A DNA stretch of 64,000 nucleotides, from the NCBI GenBank assembly GCA_030612025.1, contig JAUWOR010000004.1, positions 32,001 through 96,000 of the forward strand. The letters are read 5' to 3'. A program made the position numbers and the translations under genes. Below the pieces are notes generated by a model. It was given only the letters and a program-made list of their open reading frames with translations. It was not told the origin of the DNA and did no database searches. Below, one piece after another: positions 57,791 to 64,000 of this stretch. This stretch comes from Dehalococcoidia bacterium (GTDB lineage Bacteria > Chloroflexota > Dehalococcoidia > GIF9 > AB-539-J10). Each line of letters opens with the position of its first letter. Position 1 is the first letter of the stretch.

Positions 57791-58855
57791 CTAGTAGTCG
57801 CACTCCATTAAAAAACGTGCTGCCGCGCTTAATGGAGCTCGCCTGGATGGATCAAGACCAGTAGCTTCAAGCTTTGTCAAAGCTTGGTGATAATATTGTT
57901 GCTCCAAATCCTGGGCATAACCCCTGGCACCTGAACGATTGAGTATTTCTACCACTTCAGTTACATCCTCCTCTTCGACGGATTCCTGAGAGTAAAGTTT
58001 CACAAGCCTCTGCTTATCTTTGCCCCTGCTGTTTTCCAATCTGTAAACTACCGGCAAAGTTTTCTTCCTGTGTAAAATATCACCCTTTACAGACTTGCCA
58101 ATTTTTTCCTCTGTTCCCCAAATGCCCAGTATGTCATCATGAATTTGATAAGCCACGCCCAAGTTTTTGCCAAACTCGTGGAAGTAGCTCACTATCCCCT
58201 CATCCTCTGTAACAAGGCATGCTCCGATAGAGGTTGATGCAGCCATTAATGCCGCTGTTTTCTTCGTTATCATTCTAAGGTAATCTTCAGTGGTAACATC
58301 GCCACGACCCTCATAGGCAATATCTAGATATTGGCCTTCACAAAGCTCCAGGCAAGCTTCGCCCAGCACTCGGATTGCTCGCATAACTTTTGTCCCGGCT
58401 ATCCCATTCCCCCGCAGTTTAAGCAAAGCTAAATAAGCTAAGGCAAACATGGAATCGCCAGCATTTATAGCTTGCGGCTGTCCCCATAATTTCCATACAG
58501 TTGGGCGATGGTGGCGCTCACAGCTAGCGTCTTCAATATCATCGTGGATTAAAGAGAAGTTATGAATGAACTCTAAGGATGCCGCGGCAGGCAATATCTG
58601 TGACGTATTTCCACCTACCGCTTGACAGCTAAGAAGACAAAGAACAGGGCGAGTAAATTTACCAGACTTCTTACCACAGGGATGACCATGTGTATCCTGC
58701 CAACCCAGATGGTATCGCAACATATCATAAAGGGCTGAAGGTTTACTACCAATAATTCTCTTTAACTCAGCCTCTACTTCTCTTCGGTAGGAGGTGTAAC
58801 TTTCAGGCAAGATTTCATCTGTGCTTATCAAAACCACCTTTATATTAATGGCCAA
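57791..58855 (-). CDS. Polyprenyl synthetase (IspA/GGPPS family); start uncertain
   Basis: LIHDDIED, GQYLD, KKTA and QIHDDILG motifs. Confidence 0.9.
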   Translation of the reverse strand: MAINIKVVLISTDEILPESYTSYRREVEAELKRIIGSKPSALYDMLRYHLGWQDTHGHPCGKKSGKFTRPVLCLLSCQAVGGNTSQILPAAASLEFIHNFSLIHDDIEDASCERHHRPTVWKLWGQPQAINAGDSMFALAYLALLKLRGNGIAGTKVMRAIRVLGEACLELCEGQYLDIAYEGRGDVTTEDYLRMITKKTAALMAASTSIGACLVTEDEGIVSYFHEFGKNLGVAYQIHDDILGIWGTEEKIGKSVKGDILHRKKTLPVVYRLENSRGKDKQRLVKLYSQESVEEEDVTEVVEILNRSGARGYAQDLEQQYYHQALTKLEATGLDPSRRAPLSAAARFLMECDY

Positions 58856-58882
58856 AGGGGCAAATTGTCAATAAAGCTAATT

Positions 58883-59058
58883 TAGAGCCTGTCTGTTTTG
58901 TCACCCTGAGCCGAAGCTCCGAGCGAAGTGAGGAGGCGGTGAAGGGTCTAGATTCTTCGCGGAGTTTATCCTGAGCGAGATTCTTCGGTCGCTTCTCTCC
59001 CTCAGAATGACAGGAAGCGAAGGGCGTAGAATGACAATTTGGAGTTGCTAGACACTCT
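58883..59058. repeat. Composite GTCA-type palindromic repeat with short inverted ends
   Basis: tagagcctgtct...tgtcaccctgagc...cagaatgaca...agacactcta. Confidence 0.75.
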
Positions 59059-59071
59059 ACTAGTTAAAGCC

Positions 59072-59100
59072 TTGAAAAAGTCTCCTTATTGTAATATAAT
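59072..59100 (+). promoter_or_regulatory. Sigma70-type promoter
   Basis: TTGAAA-17 bp-TATAAT. Confidence 0.7.
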
Positions 59101-59126
59101 TAGCACTCTGAATGTTAGAGTGCTAA
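59100..59126. promoter_or_regulatory. CIRCE element (HrcA operator)
   Basis: Perfect TTAGCACTC-N9-GAGTGCTAA. Confidence 0.92.
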
Positions 59127-59143
59127 TTATTGGAGGTAATTAG

Positions 59144-59368
59144 ATGAATTGTGCTGTTTGCGGGAGTCCACTGCTTTTCGACAGGGTCGTTTTCCACTGT
59201 TCCTGTGGAGTTTTTGTGCATGCCTATTGCTGGGATAAGCATGTGTTGCAAGCTCATAGGCCGGCTTTCGAGGTAGGCACCGTTGATTTGAACAGTGAGT
59301 TTAAAGTAAAAGAGAGCAAGGTAGAGGAGGAAGCCTCAGATAAACAGGTAACACCGTCTATAGAATGA
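59144..59368 (+). CDS. Small Cys/His zinc-finger protein
   Basis: CAVC...HCSCGVFVHAYCWDKH; GGAGGT RBS. Confidence 0.75.
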   Translation: MNCAVCGSPLLFDRVVFHCSCGVFVHAYCWDKHVLQAHRPAFEVGTVDLNSEFKVKESKVEEEASDKQVTPSIE

Positions 59369-59381
59369 AAGAGGAATAAAA

Positions 59382-59627
59382 ATGCCTACTTATCGATACC
59401 AGTGTGAGAACTGCAACCGGCGATTTGAGCTCAGGCAAGGATTTAATGATAAACCAATAGTTGTTTGCCCTGTATGCCGTGGAGTTGCCCATCGCCTTTT
59501 TTCTCCCGTGCCTATCTTGTTTAAGGGGCCAGGGTTTTATGTTACGGATTCCAGGGAAGAGAGCAAAGAAAGGCTTGATACCAAGGGGCCGAAGAAAAGG
59601 GAGATGGATGGGGGTAGAAAGTCATGA
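59382..59627 (+). CDS. FmdB-family zinc ribbon protein
   Basis: MPTYRYQCENC...CPVC...FKGPGFYVTD. Confidence 0.9.
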   Translation: MPTYRYQCENCNRRFELRQGFNDKPIVVCPVCRGVAHRLFSPVPILFKGPGFYVTDSREESKERLDTKGPKKREMDGGRKS

Positions 59628-59728
59628 AATGCCCTGTTTGTGGCAGGGAAGCCAGAACCCACATCTTCCACTGTGCTAAATGTGGTGTTTATGTGCATGA
59701 AAAGTGCTGGCGAAAACATATTGCCTAA
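59624..59728 (+). CDS. 34-aa zinc-finger microprotein, paralog of 59144-59368 (not in ORF track)
   Basis: MKCPVCGREARTHIFHCAKCGVYVHEKCWRKHIA; ATGA overlap with the FmdB-family gene. Confidence 0.7.
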   Translation: MKCPVCGREARTHIFHCAKCGVYVHEKCWRKHIA

Positions 59729-59931
59729 GCTCACAAAAAATAGCTTGTGTTTTTGCTCCATGCCTGTCAAATCATTTGAGACGGTAACCCAAGTTTAGGT
59801 TGTGGCATCATAATTCGGATTCAGCTCCTTCCACACAAAGGAGATTTCCTCCCTTGTCTCCCTTTCAAGGCGAGCCTGGTTTGAGACCGCTCTTTGACCT
59901 CAAAAGGTGTAACGCCTCCGTCAGGTAACAT

Positions 59932-60082
59932 GGCTGTTTGATTTTGCCTCAGACTCAAAATCAGGCTCAAACTAGATTTGCCTCATTCGGTTTTCATGGT
60001 CTTCACCTCAAAGATTTTGTAGTGCGACCCTTTAGGGTTGTGCACGAGGCTAAAGCCTCGCACTACATTTCCAAACAGCCTC
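59932..60082 (-). mobile_element. Composite MITE copy
   Basis: ggctgtttgatttt ... atttccaaacagcctc. Confidence 0.75.
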
Positions 60083-60306
60083 GGTAACAATAATTTTGAG
60101 GCAATTTGACTTATTGACTAGTTAAAAGGTACCATTTTATAATAGAGTATAGAGAGTCCGCTACTTATAGTGGACGAATTGAGCATAGCCGAAGGCGATA
60201 CTGGAGACTGGTAGCAATGTCGGAAGGAGGTGGTGCTATGTAGAAAGAATGTATGCTGGGGAAGGGTGAGGAGCGCATTAACTTTTAAGAAAGGAGGTAA
60301 TTAAAA

Positions 60307-61596
60307 GTGGCGGAAAGACGTAGAGGTGGTTATTTTGGTTTTCCCCTGATATATAAGATAGCGATAGGACTGGGTGTGGGGATTGTTGTGGGGATTATTG
60401 CTGGACCTGCCATAGCGCCAGTAAAACCACTGGGAGATTTCTTTGTGACATTGCTTAAAATGTGTATCATGCCAATAGTCCTCTTTTCCCTTGTGGTGGG
60501 TGCAGCAAGTATATCGCCGGCACGCGGAGTGAGAATCGGCGTCAAGACGATAGTTTTTTACTTAGTAACTACATTTATTGCCGTCCTGATAGGTTTAGCT
60601 ATAGCAAACCTATTCAAGCCAGGATTGGGATTGGCACTTGTTGGAGAAGAGGTAGTAAAGGAGGTAGCAGCACCGGCAATAAAAGATGTTTTGCTCGGGC
60701 TAATACCAAAGAATCCCTTCGCGGCTTTAGCGGAAGGAAAGGTATTGCCCACAATAGTATTCGCTATACTAGTGGGAACAGCGTTGTCTTACCTCAAAGA
60801 GATGAAAGTTCCCAGAATCAGCGAAGCTGCCGACACTGTATTAAGAGTTTGTGACGGATTAGCTGAAGTGATGTATAAGTTGGTTCGCTGGATATTGGAG
60901 ATTGCACCTTATGGTGTATTTGCCTTGATAGCGGTAGTTGTTGGTACGCAAGGGGCAAAGGTTTTGGGTCCCTTGGGCGTTGTCACTGGGGCAGTATATT
61001 TAGGCCTCATTATTCATTATTTAGTAGTCTACGGAGGAGCGTTAAGAATATGGGGCTTTAATCCGGCCAGATTTTGGCCCAGAGCTAGAGACGCCTCGCT
61101 TACAGCTTTTGTCACTAGAAGCAGCAGCGGAACTTTACCAGTTACAATGACCGTTGCCAGAGAAAAGCTGGGGATTGATAGAGGTATATACTCTTTCACG
61201 CTACCACTTGGTGCCACTATAAACATGGATGGGACCTGTCTGTATCAGGCTGTTTGTGCCATGTTCATCGCCAATGCGGTAGGAATGCCCTTGGCAATAG
61301 GGGCACAGATGCTAGTTATGATTACAGCGGTTTTAGCCTCTATAGGAACAGCCGGAGTCCCCGGGGCTGGTGCAATAATGCTGCTCCTGGTTCTTGAGTC
61401 AGTGGGGCTACCTGTTGAAGCAGGAACATCCGTGGCGCTAGCTTATGGTATGATTCTGGGCATTGACGCCATACTGGATATGGGCAGAACAAGCCTGAAT
61501 GTTACTGGCGATCTGGCAGTGACTTCAATAATAGCGAAAACTGAGAACATGATTAATTTAGACTTTTGGCGTGGAGGAGCAAAAGCTAAGGCATAA
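60307..61596 (+). CDS. Dicarboxylate/amino acid:cation symporter (GltPh-like)
   Basis: [14 protein letters not shown] and [12 protein letters not shown] motifs. Confidence 0.94.
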   Translation: MAERRRGGYFGFPLIYKIAIGLGVGIVVGIIAGPAIAPVKPLGDFFVTLLKMCIMPIVLFSLVVGAASISPARGVRIGVKTIVFYLVTTFIAVLIGLAIANLFKPGLGLALVGEEVVKEVAAPAIKDVLLGLIPKNPFAALAEGKVLPTIVFAILVGTALSYLKEMKVPRISEAADTVLRVCDGLAEVMYKLVRWILEIAPYGVFALIAVVVGTQGAKVLGPLGVVTGAVYLGLIIHYLVVYGGALRIWGFNPARFWPRARDASLTAFVTRSSSGTLPVTMTVAREKLGIDRGIYSFTLPLGATINMDGTCLYQAVCAMFIANAVGMPLAIGAQMLVMITAVLASIGTAGVPGAGAIMLLLVLESVGLPVEAGTSVALAYGMILGIDAILDMGRTSLNVTGDLAVTSIIAKTENMINLDFWRGGAKAKA

Positions 61597-61599
61597 TAA

Positions 61600-62724
61600 T
61601 TGATACCTTTCAAGGTAGTCTGCTGTAATTGTGGAAAGGAGGCCCGCAGGGGTGAATGGCGGTGGCGGGATGATTGTGGGGGTGTATTTGATATTGTCCT
61701 CGATTTCCAAGGAAGGGAATTTCCAGAATTAGTAGATGTAAAAGAGGAAAATATCAGGAGATATGCTCAATTTCTCCCTGTAGAAGGCCTCCCTTCCGTG
61801 CACCAAGGGTGGACTCCAATAGTCAAGAAAACTATAGCTGGAGTTGAGGTTAACTTCAAACTTGAGTACTTAAGCCTGGGAGGTTCTTTCAAGGACAGAG
61901 GGGCTTATGTTAGCACAGCAAAAGCTAAGGAACTGGGTGTAAAAGGGATAATTGTAGATTCCTCGGGTAATGCAGGGATAAGTTTCACTCTCATGGGTCT
62001 CCTTTCCGGAATAAATGTTGACGTGTTTGTCCCCAAGCATGCCCCGGAAGGGAAAAAAAAATTGCTCAGACTTTTACAGGCCAATGTCCATGAAATTGAT
62101 GGAGATAGGATGGATGTTAATCGGGAAGCGATAAAAGCTGAAAGAGAGGGCTTTGTTTATGTCGGACATTGGTGGAATCCCTATTTTATAGAAGGCGAGA
62201 AAACTATGGCTTACGAAGCTTATGAGCAGATAGGTAGTAGTGACTATGTAGTAGTTCCCGTTGGGAGCGGTACCATTTTACTTGGTTTGTATAAAGGGTA
62301 TCAAGAATTAGTAGAACTCCAAGTTTTAAATAAGGTACCCGAAATTATCGCCGTCCAAGCTTGTGGCTACTCGAAGATATGCAGAGACCTCGGTGCTAAA
62401 GAAAGGTGTCTAACTAAATCGAAGCTTGCTGATGGTATAGCTATAGCTGATCCACCGAGGAGACGACAAATAGTGGAGGCAGTGAAAAGGACGAATGGGC
62501 ATGCCATCATAGTTGAAGATGAGGAAATAAAAGAGTCCTTGGTAGAATTGAGGCGACTTGGCTTTATTGTTGAACCTACCAGCGCAGTGCCTTATGTAGC
62601 CTTAAAGCAATCCATAAAAGAGGGTTTCATCAAACCTGGAAGCAAAGTTCTGTTGCCCTTAACAGGCTCTGGGCTGAAATTGGTGGATGAACTTATAGAA
62701 ATAAAAGAATGTTTAAAAATGTAG
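61600..62724 (+). CDS. Threonine synthase-like PLP enzyme
   Basis: GSFKDRG, SSGNAG and VPVGSG motifs. Confidence 0.85.
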   Translation: MIPFKVVCCNCGKEARRGEWRWRDDCGGVFDIVLDFQGREFPELVDVKEENIRRYAQFLPVEGLPSVHQGWTPIVKKTIAGVEVNFKLEYLSLGGSFKDRGAYVSTAKAKELGVKGIIVDSSGNAGISFTLMGLLSGINVDVFVPKHAPEGKKKLLRLLQANVHEIDGDRMDVNREAIKAEREGFVYVGHWWNPYFIEGEKTMAYEAYEQIGSSDYVVVPVGSGTILLGLYKGYQELVELQVLNKVPEIIAVQACGYSKICRDLGAKERCLTKSKLADGIAIADPPRRRQIVEAVKRTNGHAIIVEDEEIKESLVELRRLGFIVEPTSAVPYVALKQSIKEGFIKPGSKVLLPLTGSGLKLVDELIEIKECLKM

Positions 62725-62837
62725 TTGCCCAATTTATTGGGCGACTGTGCCTGATAAATCAGGCAACTACAAAAATTTGGGGGTGAAACACCTCTGAGAT
62801 GGCTGAAATTGAACGGGGAATCAAAATTAAACAGCCT
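62706..62837 (+). mobile_element. Composite MITE copy supplying the stop of the threonine synthase-like gene
   Basis: tgtttaaaaatgtagttgccc ... aaaattaaacagcct. Confidence 0.8.
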
Positions 62838-62863
62838 TAAAATAAGTTAGGGGGTGAGTTGAG

Positions 62864-64000
62864 ATGGCGCCACTTATAAGTAAGTTAGGAGGGGAGATAA
62901 AGCCCTCGGCGACTCTTCGCTTAATGGAGGAGGTAAGCTCTCTAGAAAAAGAGTATGGCTTTAAAATTATAGATCTCACTTCTGGACAGCCAGATAGAGG
63001 TCCCACTGAAGATGTTTTAGCAGCTCTTTTCGAGGGAGGCAAGCTCAGCAGATATGGACCGGTGCAAGGTGACCCCGAGTTAAGGGAAATATTGTCGGGA
63101 GTAATAAATAAAGAAATTGGCGTGAGGTATGACCCCCAAGATATAGCAATTACCGTTGGGGCGAAAGGTGGCCTAGACATATTGATGAGGGTTTTACTTG
63201 AGCCAGGAGAGAGTATGGGGATTATGACTCCATTCTGGGTTACCTACCCCGAATCTGTGAAAATAGCCTATGGTATCCCTTGTTTTCTGGAGCCAGATGG
63301 AGGTCTGAGACCAAATCCAGAAAAATTAGGGAGAGAAATAGAAGCTAAGAACATAAAGGTGTTGCTCTATAGCTCACCGTGCAATCCTTCGGGCGTTGTT
63401 TATACCAGGGATGAGCTAGAGGAAATAGCCAAGATTGTGAAAGAAAAAGATATATGGGTTATAGCTGATGAAATTTACAATAAGTTTCTCTTTGACGGTA
63501 AAAAGCATGAGAGCATATTGTCAATCGAAGGTCTAAGAGATAATGCAATATTGGTTGATGGCCCGTCTAAGAGATTTGGTGTTCCTGGCTGGAGATTGGG
63601 ATTCGTTGCTGGCCCAAGTGAAGTTATCAAAGCACTAACAAAATTACAAGGGCATATCAATTCTGGAGCTTCGAGGCCAAATCAATATGCTATGCGTGTT
63701 GCTTACACCAGCCAAAAGGCTAAGGAAGCTACTGATAACATGAGACAAAGATATGAAAGGAATAGAAATATTTTTGTCAAGGGCTTGAATGAGATTGATG
63801 GCATTAGTTGCCTTAAGCCAGAAGGGGCATTTTACGCCTTTCCTAGCATCGATAATTTCTTTGGCTCTAAATATGAATTTGCTGGTAAGGAATACATAAT
63901 AAAGACGTCTGCAGATTTTCGCGATTTTTTGTTAAGAAAAGCACAAGTAGCTGGAGTTGAAGGTGCTCCATTTGGGATGGATAGCCATATTAGATTTTCC
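62864..64000 (+). CDS. Class I PLP aminotransferase (AspAT-like), 3' end outside window
   Basis: MAPLISKL..., SPCNPSG, DEIY, SKRFGVPGWRLG and PEGAFY motifs. Confidence 0.88.
   Translation, partial: MAPLISKLGGEIKPSATLRLMEEVSSLEKEYGFKIIDLTSGQPDRGPTEDVLAALFEGGKLSRYGPVQGDPELREILSGVINKEIGVRYDPQDIAITVGAKGGLDILMRVLLEPGESMGIMTPFWVTYPESVKIAYGIPCFLEPDGGLRPNPEKLGREIEAKNIKVLLYSSPCNPSGVVYTRDELEEIAKIVKEKDIWVIADEIYNKFLFDGKKHESILSIEGLRDNAILVDGPSKRFGVPGWRLGFVAGPSEVIKALTKLQGHINSGASRPNQYAMRVAYTSQKAKEATDNMRQRYERNRNIFVKGLNEIDGISCLKPEGAFYAFPSIDNFFGSKYEFAGKEYIIKTSADFRDFLLRKAQVAGVEGAPFGMDSHIRFS

Noticed and set aside
59760-59930. Possible ncRNA downstream of the zinc-finger operon
   Set aside because: No recognisable family motif or convincing structure by eye

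Overview
Bacterial chromosomal window, most likely Chloroflexota/Dehalococcoidia (inferred from gene content and protein style, not verified). The housekeeping backbone includes tig, clpP, efp, aroQ, topA, dprA, ppdK, a por-type oxidoreductase operon, nadE, dcd-rib, hflX-dapL-dapF-miaA-tpiA-pgk, six intact tRNAs and one pseudo-tRNA. Accessory patches: (i) 15-18 kb, toxin-antitoxin genes between tRNA-Ser copies plus a lone attC-like site; (ii) 23.8-32.9 kb, an integrase-less tRNA-Pro island, a proteasome-like Ntn-hydrolase three-gene cluster and a tyrosine recombinase; (iii) 44.3-50.1 kb, a TA/defence patch with four small HTH genes followed by a Swt1-like HEPN gene. Several short palindromic repeat families are dense here. 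They nest inside each other, sit in-frame inside housekeeping proteins (PurN-like, TopA, DapF, PepP, PHP) and supply the C-termini or stops of others. A perfect CIRCE box precedes an operon of tiny PHD/C1-like zinc-finger proteins. All calls come from reading the sequence; no searches were run.
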